From the NCBI GenBank assembly GCA_048128005.1, contig JBEUKZ010000009.1:124001-188000 (forward strand): a stretch of DNA of 64,000 nt, given 5' to 3'. The notes under the pieces are model-generated. The model ran no database searches. It was not told the origin of the DNA and saw nothing but the letters and a program-made list of their open reading frames with translations. How positions within the stretch are numbered: the stretch's first letter is position 1; the number at the start of each line of letters is the position of its first letter. A program made the translations under genes and the position numbers. Shown in pieces: positions 21,099-31,463 of this stretch. The DNA is from Veleropilina oligotropha (lineage: Eukaryota).

Positions 21099-24000
21099 CA
21101 ACCGCAAATCCTCGTTTCCGGTTACATTCCAGACACGTTAAGCGCACGTTGTCGCGGGTGTGGCCCCTGCTGTTGTCCACACGGTCGACACTGAACTGCT
21201 GTGTGTCCTTCGGGGAATATGCCCAGAGCACCTCTATGTTGCATGCTGCGCAGCGGTTGTTTTGGGCCTCTCTGAGCCGCAGGATGTCGTCGACCTTGAG
21301 GTTAAACCCCGGGAGTCCCGTTGCCTGGTCCTGGCGTTTGTACGCCACAAGCTTTTTCTGGATGGTCTTTCGGAGCTGTTGCTCGGTTTGGGGCCGGGGC
21401 TTGTCCTCAGAACCCTCATCCGGTGGACAGGTTACCCGTTCGAGCTGACGCAGCAGCTCCACCCGGGACACGGCTAGGTAGGCGAGATTACTCCACTGAA
21501 GGTAGTCGTCGATGATCCAGACTTTCTGTGGGTCGTGAATCGTAAGACCCTGGCTCGAATGGATGGTCAGGGCATAGCCCAGGCGCCAATCCGGGGTCAG
21601 GATAGCCCGCTCAGCGGCCTCAATGGTGACCTCGACGACGTCGTTCAGAACTAGCTCCTCTCTGTCGCTGGTGCCCGGAATGGTTACCATGATGTTCTGT
21701 TTTCTGCTGTCCCTGGGGTGGTACAGGATAGGCACCATGGAGTCTGGGAAGTGCTCCTTGTGCCTCTGGAGCAACAGCTCTTGAGCCCGTTCGCGGACCT
21801 TCTGACGGCTTGTGAGGATTAGGTCGCCTGGCTTCCAGGTGTTGACGAACCGGTCCCATCCGAGGCAGCTGGGGAGGGTCCGTCGCATCTCGTCGCACTG
21901 GACTTTGTCGGGCTGGAGACGGATACGTCTTTTCAGGGCTTGGAGGGCAGGGTCGTCTTTCGCCCTGTAGTCTACTTCGATCTCTTCATAGTAGTCCGCG
22001 GTCTTTCGCAGCCAATCGTGCGGCATCTCGCCCGTAATCGGTGGTGGCTGGCCTTGATCACCACAGCAGATAACCTGCACTTCGTGGCGGCCCAGCCAGT
22101 CCAAGAACATCTCTAGAATAGCCCGGGGAACAGTACAGACCTCGTCCCAGATAATGACGCGCGGGATGAACTTCTGACCCATGCGGTCAGGCGTCCAGTC
22201 ATTCTGGCCGCTCCATCGGAAGAAGCTGTGGTAGGTCTGGGCTTTGACGCCTCTGGTCCGCATCTCTTTAGCGAGGCGGTGGGTTGGTGTGAACACGACG
22301 GGATTCCTTGCCCGAAAGAGCTCGATCGCTCTCGTAGTCTTGCCACAGCCCCCTCCACCGTTGAGGTAACTCAGGCGATGGTGGGTCAGTGTGTCATTGT
22401 AGCATGGCGCGGTGCTCGGCTGGCTGGAATTGGCGGCACAACAATACTCTGGCTTGGGTAGGTATGCGGCATGTTCCTGTGGCATATACAGCTGTTCGCC
22501 CTTGTCACGCCACTGGGCTGGTGCTACTGGCGGAAGGTACGGCTCCGCGATCAGACATGAGATGCACGATTTCTCGCCACAGCCGCAGAGTCTGGGGGCA
22601 ACGTACACCGTGACATCGTCGAGCTTCTCCAACGAGGCCTTCTTGAGGTAGATGCTGTCAGTGGCTACTCGGACGGCTTCTGCTGCACTGAAACGCTGAA
22701 GCATGCTCAAGAGGTTTATGTGGGCATAGGCCAACATGGACGCCCTCAGGTGGGCGTACTGAGGCTGGGAGCCATCATAGTACGTGAGGATGTGCCCCAT
22801 AGGGCATCTCTGAGGAGCGCCAACCAGGGTGCCGCTTTGGCGGGTGTCTCTTACGAGGAAGTCGAGCTCACCCTGGTCGGTCACCAGTCTACGAGTCAAT
22901 CTTTTGCCATCGGCTTTGGCGCCTTGGGTGAATTTGCCGATAATGCTGCAGCCCTGGTCACGATTCTCCGGAAGCCAGACATCGGTCTGGTTTTTGAACG
23001 CGATGATGGCCTCTCGGATCTTGAGGCTTTTTAGCAGTCCAGAGTCTACGAGGAAGGCGAGCAGCGGGGTGGGTGCCCATCCATTCTCTGCAAAGTGCTT
23101 TCCGAACCATGCTACAATGACGGGGTGGATGTCTTGTGCGAACTCCCATTCCACGACCTCAGCAAACCCGGTCCCGATTTCTCGGGGTAGAGGACCGTTA
23201 ATTGCGACCCGGGTCATGCTGTGGAGTGGGTGTCCGAATCTTTCGAAATAGGGCTTAGCCTCGCCCTTCCCCAGAAAGCTTGCAGGGTAGCAGGATTTCA
23301 TATCGATGCAGCAGACATCGCCCGTGTCGTAATTCATGGAATTCCACAGGCCGCCGTGGCCATGCTCTACACAGGCCTTCTGGATGTCATCGAGCAGGCC
23401 CGCTGGGGTAGGTTTCCAGCCGTTCTTCTCTTTAGCCATAATGCTAGCTGCATGGTTCACGCCAAAGGCTCGATCGGCTAGGGACTCATTCCCCAGCGCT
23501 GTACAGGCTTCTTGGAGTCTCTCGTGAGCCTCTTTTGTCCGGTAAGTGCGGCCATCTTGCAGCACGAACTGGTCCACGCCGAGCTGTCGGTCTTTACCGC
23601 CTAGGAGCCAGACAGCCAATGGCTCATTCTGTGTGGCTTGTCGAATAGCTTCCCAGACATCGCCCTCATACAGGTGGACCGCTCTACTTTGCGGGAAGTG
23701 TAGGTCCTTCGACCAGGCATGGCCGTTGTGACAGATGAGTTCTATGGACTTCCACATACTGGCCTGGTATTTCCCACTGTTGTAGATGTCCTCGCCGGCA
23801 ATGTCTCTCAAGGTGATCGCCCGTTTGAGGATCTTCTCGAGGGTAGCTATATCATCCACAGTGGCGCCTGTTACATGGACTCGCTCTTCCCACTCCAGTA
23901 TTTTCTGCCGCCTTGTCGGGGTGAGTCCGTGTCCTCTAAGGGCACCTTCGAAGTGCTCAACCACTCGTTGGGCAACGCAGTTGAGGTCGCCGTTCTTCAT

Positions 24001-24945
24001 CGGAACCAGGTTGGCGGGGTTTGGTTCTCTGAGAGGATAGACGCCGTAGACGACTGCAGTGACCGGGTAGGCATTCTCGTAGTAGACCTTGTCGACCCCA
24101 GTGATAGCACCCGGCTTAGTGTCCTGAGAGATCTCAAAGACACCCTGGCCCTTCTTCCTCGCAGCTTTCACCGGGTCAAACTTGTCTTCGACCACCCAGT
24201 CACCTTCACCCCACTCACGCAAGAACTTTATTCTAAGGACATACTCGCCCTTTGGAAGGGCTGTGAGGAGCTGTGCCGCCCTTGCATCTGTCATACGGGC
24301 ATCCAGGGCCAGCCGTCCAGCCACTTCTACCCTCCATGTGGAGAAAGCCGCCGCGGCGCCATCGACCTCAAACTCGTCTTTGGCGTCGCTCAAGAGTTCC
24401 ACCCATGGCTCTTTTGCTGGGAGCCTTACTGGGGGAGGGACCTGGTCATCCAGGTCGATGAATCGTTGTCCCTCGGGTGTGGTAAATTGCCCTAGAAGAT
24501 CCTTCTGATAGTCCTGGGCTGTCCGGGGCGTTTTGGAGATGAGAAGATCGGGCCCCTTCCGAGCAATAGCATGGGCAAGGGTCTCTTTCCGAGACCTAGT
24601 CAGACCGTGCAGGTGTGGCTTGACGATTCGATCCGCGATGTTACGAAGTGGCTTCTGTCGAATCCTGGGATTTTTCTCAGCCTGGGATTCGTATTTACGA
24701 GCCTGCAGGGCGGCGTCGACCTCGTCCTTAATCTGCCGCAACTCGCGAGCACGTCGGCCTCTTTTGTGGGGGTTCTCCACATCTCCACGTATGGAGGGGA
24801 ACCTTCCCGTTTTCATCGCCCGCTCGAGTCTGCTCCGAAACTCCGCAGCACGGACCCTGGCGATTGCCCTGATGAGGTCGTGCTTCTTGAGCTTCGACCG
24901 AGCGGGAATCCCATAATCTTTCGCTAGATTGCGCAGGTCATCCAT
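21088..24945 (-). CDS. Multidomain replicase: HeH/Rho-N-like + OTU-like + divergent family-B DNA polymerase + SF1 (Pif1/RecD-like) helicase + HNH-like Zn domain
   Basis: PolB motifs: GHGG, IDMKSCYP (A), RDQGCSIIGKF (B), VATDSIY (C). Helicase motifs: GGGGCGKT, IIWDE, GDQGQPPP, YALTIHSSQGLT, AYLAVSR. C-terminal CAAC...SVDRVDNSRGHTRDNVRLTCLECN. ATG at 24945. Confidence 0.88.
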   Translation of the reverse strand: MDDLRNLAKDYGIPARSKLKKHDLIRAIARVRAAEFRSRLERAMKTGRFPSIRGDVENPHKRGRRARELRQIKDEVDAALQARKYESQAEKNPRIRQKPLRNIADRIVKPHLHGLTRSRKETLAHAIARKGPDLLISKTPRTAQDYQKDLLGQFTTPEGQRFIDLDDQVPPPVRLPAKEPWVELLSDAKDEFEVDGAAAAFSTWRVEVAGRLALDARMTDARAAQLLTALPKGEYVLRIKFLREWGEGDWVVEDKFDPVKAARKKGQGVFEISQDTKPGAITGVDKVYYENAYPVTAVVYGVYPLREPNPANLVPMKNGDLNCVAQRVVEHFEGALRGHGLTPTRRQKILEWEERVHVTGATVDDIATLEKILKRAITLRDIAGEDIYNSGKYQASMWKSIELICHNGHAWSKDLHFPQSRAVHLYEGDVWEAIRQATQNEPLAVWLLGGKDRQLGVDQFVLQDGRTYRTKEAHERLQEACTALGNESLADRAFGVNHAASIMAKEKNGWKPTPAGLLDDIQKACVEHGHGGLWNSMNYDTGDVCCIDMKSCYPASFLGKGEAKPYFERFGHPLHSMTRVAINGPLPREIGTGFAEVVEWEFAQDIHPVIVAWFGKHFAENGWAPTPLLAFLVDSGLLKSLKIREAIIAFKNQTDVWLPENRDQGCSIIGKFTQGAKADGKRLTRRLVTDQGELDFLVRDTRQSGTLVGAPQRCPMGHILTYYDGSQPQYAHLRASMLAYAHINLLSMLQRFSAAEAVRVATDSIYLKKASLEKLDDVTVYVAPRLCGCGEKSCISCLIAEPYLPPVAPAQWRDKGEQLYMPQEHAAYLPKPEYCCAANSSQPSTAPCYNDTLTHHRLSYLNGGGGCGKTTRAIELFRARNPVVFTPTHRLAKEMRTRGVKAQTYHSFFRWSGQNDWTPDRMGQKFIPRVIIWDEVCTVPRAILEMFLDWLGRHEVQVICCGDQGQPPPITGEMPHDWLRKTADYYEEIEVDYRAKDDPALQALKRRIRLQPDKVQCDEMRRTLPSCLGWDRFVNTWKPGDLILTSRQKVRERAQELLLQRHKEHFPDSMVPILYHPRDSRKQNIMVTIPGTSDREELVLNDVVEVTIEAAERAILTPDWRLGYALTIHSSQGLTIHDPQKVWIIDDYLQWSNLAYLAVSRVELLRQLERVTCPPDEGSEDKPRPQTEQQLRKTIQKKLVAYKRQDQATGLPGFNLKVDDILRLREAQNNRCAACNIEVLWAYSPKDTQQFSVDRVDNSRGHTRDNVRLTCLECNRKRGFAVVNA

Positions 24946-24993
24946 GTTGCTGGGGGGGTACACACTAGGATCTTTACTTCTCTAATATGAAAT

Positions 24994-25287
24994 TTACGCG
25001 TGGTAAATTGCAGCCAAGCGGAGAAACTCTCTCCGGAAGGCACTTTTCTTTCGTTGCCAGTCCATAGAGTTCTCACTCTTATACCCACAGCCCTTACACA
25101 ACGTAAACCGGTTGAAGACGCCTTTGCCGCATTTGATGCAGGGCTTTGTGACCCAGCCATTTCGCCGTTGCCGAGCCAGATGGACTTTGCAATACGTGTT
25201 CAGACATCTCTTACCACATAGCTCCGTGGAGCTGATGGTGAGCCATTGACAGGTGTCCGTTCCCCACATATTGATAGCGGTTATCAT
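24994..25287 (-). CDS. Small Cys/His-rich zinc-finger-like protein (97 aa)
   Basis: C-x10-C-x3-C-x4-C-x2-H followed by CxxC-x10-CxxC and a basic tail. It is co-oriented with and just upstream of the replicase. Confidence 0.65.
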   Translation of the reverse strand: MITAINMWGTDTCQWLTISSTELCGKRCLNTYCKVHLARQRRNGWVTKPCIKCGKGVFNRFTLCKGCGYKSENSMDWQRKKSAFRREFLRLAAIYHA

Positions 25288-25345
25288 TGTATATACCAGT
25301 CTCTAATAGATATTATGCGGGCCGTCCCTGGGGGCTCTATGTCGC

Positions 25346-25782
25346 TGTACACACGGTAACTTTTTTGTAATACCCGATATACCCCGGGGTCTGAAATATA
25401 GCTGGGAGCCTTCCCGGTCGCCCCGGGGCCCTAGTCTAAACTCCCCTGCTGACTAGTCCGAGCTACCCTGAGTTCTGAAATAGGGCTGGGCGCTGTATTT
25501 TCCCATTCTAAAAAGTCCAATCACCCCCCCTGCTGCTGAGTTGAGATCCATATTAATTCTGAAAAGTGCTGGGAGCCTTAATTTCCCTCGCCGCGCCCCC
25601 AGATAAAAGGTATGATCACCCCCCCTCGGAACAGGTGCTGGGAGCCTTATTTTCCCATTATAAAAGGTATGATCACCCCCTGCTGCTGAGTTGAGATCCA
25701 TATTAATTCTGAAAAGTGCTGGGAGCCTTAATTTCCCTCGCCGCACCCCCACATAAAAGGTATGGTCACCCCCCCTGCTGCT
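25346..25782 (-). repeat. Right terminal inverted repeat of the Polinton-like element
   Basis: Reverse complement of 9881-10316. Confidence 0.92.
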
Positions 25783-26319
25783 CCATGGAATATACCAGTG
25801 GAAAAGCCAGTTTTCAAACTCCATCTGATTTTGAGAATTCCAGCTTCACAGAGTGATCATTAAGAAGTAGCTTAACAGCTTACTGTGCCTATTGGCAGTG
25901 AGCAAGTCTTACAGATAACCACATGTCCCATTCATCGTACACACATAATACTTACAAAAATATCTGTTTATTTTCTATCCTCAATATTTCAAGGCATAAT
26001 TAAACTTTGTGTATGCCCAGCGAAAATAAATCATGTAACATAATGAAAATGTTTTTTTTTTTTGGGGGGGGAGCAAATCTGAAGGATTAACATGTTTAAC
26101 GGGTTTATATACGTGAAGTTTAATATTGAACTGGTGTACGTCGTAGTGGAGAGATATCAATATATCATCTGGAAACAATACGCAAAACCTTCACACAATA
26201 ATTAAACTTTGGGGGGAGGCGAGAGCATGAAGGGGTGGGGGGGGGGGGGAGGTGAGGGGGGAAAAGCAATAGCTATGTCTCATTCCCTACGGGCGAGACA
26301 AAAATTGAAAAGCACATCC

Positions 26320-26713
26320 TTCCTTCCAGAGACTATGTTCAACCGTCCTGAAAAGTCACCAAAAAACCCATATGTTTTTAAAATAATTTCACAATATTCG
26401 AACTTGATATACTCAATGATGTGGTTAGTAAATCTTTAAAGTTTCAGAAAGCTAGTATTTCTCTAAATGGAAAAAAACTGAGAAAAATATACCACATCCA
26501 TGCTTGCAGAGACTATGTTCAAAATTGCCCAAAAGTCGCCAAAAAAACTAAAATAAATTTCAAATATTCGAACTTAATCTACCCAATGATGTGGTTAGTT
26601 TATCTGTTAAGTTTCGAAAATCTCACATTTCTCTAAATGGCAAAAAAAATCCGGGACGGACAGGACGCGGATGCTATGTCCCCCGTCCGCCCGATAGGCG
26701 GCGGGGACAAAAA
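26320..26713. repeat. Right part of a Helentron/HINE-like repeat
   Basis: Same internal unit as 8700-9560, then ggacggacaggacg and a terminal hairpin tgtcccccgtccgcccgataggcggcggggacaaaaa. Confidence 0.5.
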
Positions 26714-26992
26714 CAAAGAAAGAAACAGACTTTGTTATTCCAGTATTTATGATCAGTCGTCCATCTCGAATTTTCAATACTTTTTTGCATTTTACAGATA
26801 TGCAGGCTTTCTGAAACTTGACAAATCAATTTAATTACAATCTCTTCCTCAGAGCGTTAACATGTTCATCTGACACTCTCCTTGCAGAGTGTTGATAACG
26901 TGCCCTACCACTTGTATTAAAATTATTGTCGATATTGATAACATATCCTGAAACTGAATAAATATAAATATTTAATCAATCCATTGTATATA

Positions 26993-27292
26993 CTAGCAAT
27001 GGTACCCGTCTTCGCCGGGTAAGTCCCCCAGCCCAAATTTTTTTTTTTTTTTTTTGGATAGTGCTCCCTTTTTATTTTATTTTTTTTTTCTCCATTATAT
27101 TAAAAATGATAGTAAATTTTTTTTTTTTCGCGAATTTTCCGAATTTTTTTCGTGGTAAACCTTCCTTGGGGGACCCCGATTAACCCCCCAAAGTTTGAAG
27201 GTCCTAGGTCAAAGCGTCTGGGAGGAGTTCAACTTGAAACAGACAGACAGACAGACAGACCCGCATACAATTATAGCTCCATTATATTAAGA
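26993..27292 (-). mobile_element. Non-autonomous Helitron (copy 1)
   Basis: On the minus strand it has a 5'-TC start, a CTAG-3' end, insertion between A and T, a subterminal hairpin acccg-gcgaaga-cgggt and (GTCT)n. It is near-identical to 43091-43387. Confidence 0.85.
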
Positions 27293-27308
27293 TATATCAA
27301 GCCCTTAT

Positions 27309-30300
27309 CATTTTCCATTATTATCTACTGAGCTCGGCTTCCTCTGCTCATTCTCTATTATTATCTACTGAGCTCTGCTTCCCCCGCACATTCTCTGTTA
27401 TTATCTAATGAGCTCGGCTTCCTCCGTTCATTCTCTATTATTATCTAATGAGCTCGGCTTCCTCCGCTCATTCTCTATTATTATCTAATGAGCTCGGCTT
27501 CCTCCGCTCATTCTCTATTATTATCTAATGAGCTCGGCTTCCTCCGTTCATTCTCTATTATTATCTAATGAGCTCGGCTTCCTCCGCACATTCTCTATTA
27601 TTATCTAATGAGCTCGGCTTCCCCCGCTCATTCTCTATTATTATCTAATGAGCTCGGCTTCCTCCGCTCATTCTCTATTATTATCTAATGAGCTCGGCTT
27701 CCTCCGCTCATTCTCTATTATTATCTAATGAGCTCGGCTTCCCCCGCACATTCTCTGTTATTATCTAATGAGCTCGGCTTCCTCCGTTCATTCTCTATTA
27801 TTATCTAATGAGCTCGGCCTCCTCCGCTCATTCTCTATTATTATCTAATGAGCTCGGCTTCCTCCGCTCATTCTCTATTATTATCTAATGAGCTCGGCTT
27901 CCTCCGCTCATTCTCTATTATTATCTAATGAGCTCGGCTTCCTCCGCACATTCTCTGTTATTATCTACTGAGCTCGGCTTCCTCCACTCATTCTCTATTA
28001 TTATCTAATGAGCTCGGCTTCCCCCGCACATTCTCTATTATTATCTAATGAGCTCGGCTTCCTCCGCTCATTCTCTATTATTATCTAACGAGCTCGGCTT
28101 CCTCCGTTCATTCTCTATTATTATCTAATGAGCTCGGCTTCCTCCGCTCATTCTCTATTATTATCTAATGAGCTCGGCTTCCTCTGCACATTCTCTGTTA
28201 TTATCTACTGAGCTCGGCTTCCTCCACTCATTCTCTATTATTATCTAATGAGCTCGGCCTCCTCCGCTCATTCTCTATTATTATCTAATGAGCTCGGCTT
28301 CCCCCGCCCATTCTCTATCATTATCTAATGAGCTCGGCTTCCCCCGCTCACTCTCTATTATTATCTAATGAGCTCGGCTTCCCCCGCTCATTCTCTATCA
28401 TTATCTAATGAGCTCGGCTTCCCCCGCCCATTCTCTATTATTATCTAATGAGCTCGACTTCCCCCGCTCATTCTCTATTATTATCTAATGAGCTCGGCTT
28501 CCCCCGCTCATTCTCTATTATTATCTAATGAGCTCGGCTTCCCCCGCCCATTCTCTATTATTATCTAATGAGCTCGGCTTCCCCCGCCAATTCTCTATTA
28601 TTATCTAATGAGCTCGGCTTCCTCCGCCCATTCTCTATTATTATCTAATGAGCTCGGCTTCCTCCGCTCATTCTCTATTATTATCTAATGAGCTCGGCTT
28701 CCTCCGCTCATTCTCTATTATTATCTAATGAGCTCGGCTTCCTCCGCTCATTCTCTATTATTATCTAATGAGCTCGGCTTCCTCCGCTCATTCTCTGTTA
28801 TTATCTAATGAGCTCGGCTTCCTCCGCTCATTCTCTATTATTATCTAATGAGCTCGGCTTCCCCCGCTCATTCTCTATTATTATCTAATGAGCTCGGCTT
28901 CCTCCGCTCATTCTCTATTATTATCTAATGAGCTCGGCTTCCTCTGCTCATTCTCTGTTATTATCTAATGAGCTCGGCTTCCTCCGCTCATTCTCTATTA
29001 TTATCTAATGAGCTCGGCTTCCCCCGATCATTCTCTATTATTATCTAATGAGCTCGGCTTCCACCGCCCATTCTCTATTATTATCTAATGAGCTCGGCTT
29101 CCCCCGCTCATTCTCTATTATTATCTAATGAGCTCGGCTTCCTCCGCTCATTCTCTATTATTTTCTAATGAGCTCGGCTTCCCCCGCACATTCTCTGTTA
29201 TTATCTAATGAGCTCGGCTTCCTCCGTTCATTCTCTATTATTATCTAATGAGCTCGGCCTCCTCCGCTCATTCTCTATTATTATCTAATGAGCTCGGCTT
29301 CCTCCGCTCATTCTCTATTATTATCTAATGAGCTCGGCTTCCTCCGCTCATTCTCTATTATTATCTAATGAGCTCGGCTTCCTCCGCACATTCTCTGTTA
29401 TTATCTACTGAGCTCGGCTTCCTCCACTCATTCTCTATTATTATCTAATGAGCTCAGCTTCCCCCGCACATTCTCTATTATTATCTAATGAGCTCGGCTT
29501 CCTCCGCTCATTCCCTATTATTATCTAATGAGCTCGGCTTCCTCCGTTCATTCTCTATTATTATCTAATGAGCTCGGCCTCCTCCGCTCATTCTCTATTA
29601 TTATCTAATGAGCTCGGCTTCCTCCGCTCATTCTCTATTATTATCTAATGAGCTCGGCTTCCTCTGCACATTCTCTGTTATTATCTACTGAGCTCGGCTT
29701 CCTCCACTCATTCTCTATTATTATCTAATGAGCTCGGCCTCCTCCGCTCATTCTCTATTATTATCTAATGAGCTTGGCTTCCCCCGCCCATTCTCTATCA
29801 TTATCTAATGAGCTCGGCTTCCCCCGCTCACTCTCTATTATTATCTAATGAGCTCGGCTTCCCCCGCTCATTCTCTATCATTATCTAATGAGCTCGGCTT
29901 CCCCCGCCCATTCTCTATTATTATCTAATGAGCTCGACTTCCCCCGCTCATTCTCTATTATTATCTAATGAGCTCGGCTTCCCCCACTCATTCTCTATTA
30001 TTATCTAATGAGCTCGGCTTCCCCCGCCCATTCTCTATTATTATCTAATGAGCTCGGCTTCCCCCACCCATTCTCTATTATTATCTAATGAGCTCGGCTT
30101 CTTCCGCCCATTCTCTATTATTATCTAATGAGCTCGGCTTCCTCCGCTCATTCTCTATTATTATCTAATGAGCTCGGCTTCCTCCGCTCATTCTCTATTA
30201 TTATCTAATGAGCTCGGCTTCCTCCGCTCATTCTCTATTATTATCTAATGAGCTCGGCTTCCCCCGCTCATTCTCTATTATTATCTAATGAGCTCGGCTT

Positions 30301-30711
30301 CCTCCGCTCATTCTCTATTATTATCTAATGAGCTTGGCTTCCTCTGCTCATTCTCTGTTATTATCTAATGAGCTCGGCCTCCTCCGCTCATTCTCTATTA
30401 TTATCTAATGAGCTCGGCTTCCCCCGCTCATTCTCTATTATTATCTAATGAGCTCGGCTTCCCCCGCCCATTCTCTATTATTATCTAATGAGCTCGGCTT
30501 CCCCCGCTCATTCTCTATTATTATCTAATGAGCTCGGCTTCCTCCGCTCATTCTCTATTATTATCTAATGAGCTAGGCTTCCTCCGCTCATTCTCTATTA
30601 TTATCTAATGAGCTCGGCTTCCTCCGCTCATTCTCTATTATTATCTAATGAGCTCGGCTTCCCCCGCTCATTCTCTATTATTATCTAATGAGGTCGGCTT
30701 CCTCCGCTCAC
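27309..30711. repeat. 40-bp minisatellite, ~85 copies
   Basis: Unit ttatctaatgagctcggcttcc(t/c)ccgctcattctctatta. It abuts the PCMT1 exon 4 donor. Confidence 0.98.
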
Positions 30712-30924
30712 CGCTTGCGGAAGATCTGCGGCCGCAGCTCCAACGTGGATGGCGTTGTACGGCGCATCGGGTTCGAACCCCAAGCGCCCATCACCCGTGA
30801 CCAACTTGAACTGTCCAGTCTCCAGCAGTCGGCCCAGATTGGGGTCCTTCTTGACATTTTTCTTTGATTCGCTGACAAGTTCCTCAATGTGGTCGATGCC
30901 CACAGCCCGACCCTGATCTCCCAC
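30712..30924 (-). CDS. PCMT1: PCMT1 coding exon 4 ([17 protein letters not shown]...[28 protein letters not shown])
   Basis: Acceptor tttattcag and donor GCG|gtgagc, 213 bp, phase 0. Contains PIMT motifs GIDH, GDGR and [12 protein letters not shown]. Confidence 0.95.
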
Positions 30925-31048
30925 CTGAATAAACGACAGCACGACAAAAGTAATTAACCTTCACGCATGTGACCATTATTGGAAAACAATATAAAGCTCA
31001 AATTTTGTCTTATAAATATATGACTGTGTGTCATTTCCTTTACATGTA

Positions 31049-31463
31049 CCTCGTTTGGTGTCAGCAGTTTGGCCTTATGCCTCGTTTAGTGTCAGCAGTT
31101 TGGCCTTCTGCCTTGTTTGGTGTCAGCAGTTTGGCCTTATGCCTCGTTTGGTGTCAGCAGTTTGGGCTTATGCCTCGTTTGGTGTCAGCAGTTTGGCCTT
31201 ATGCCTCGTTTGGTGTCAGCAGTTTGGCCTTATGCCTCGTCTGGTGTCAGCAGTTTGGCATTATGCCGCATTTGGTGTCAGCAGTTTGGCCTTATGCCTC
31301 GCTTGGTGTCAGCAGTTTGGCCTTATACCTCGTTTGGTGTCCGCAGTTTGGCCTTATGTCTCATTTGGTGTGACCGTGTCAGCAGTTTGGCCTTATGCCT
31401 CATTTGGTGTCAGCAGTTTGGCCTTATGCCTCGTTTGGTGTCAGCAGTTTGGCCTTATGCCTC
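31049..31463. repeat. 31-bp minisatellite, ~13 copies
   Basis: Unit cctcgtttggtgtcagcagtttggccttatg. Confidence 0.95.

Larger units (their letters stand above)
9881..25782. mobile_element. Endogenous Polinton-like virus / Maverick-type element, apparently intact, in PCMT1 intron 4
   Basis: Termini AGCAGCAG...CTGCTGCT, direct repeat CCATG at 9876-9880 and 25783-25787, and ~435-bp TIRs. The interior is gene-dense and GC-rich, with integrase, ATPase, capsid-like ORFs and a PolB-like replicase. Confidence 0.95.

Noticed and set aside
21149..24927. Numerous plus-strand ORFs opposite the replicase, and similar ones opposite the MCP and DIRS ORFs
   Set aside because: Shadow ORFs are expected in GC-rich coding DNA, and none has a recognisable motif.
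27309..30711. Possible CRISPR array
   Set aside because: The units are contiguous 40-bp tandem copies with no unique spacers, there are no cas genes, and the context is a eukaryotic intron.
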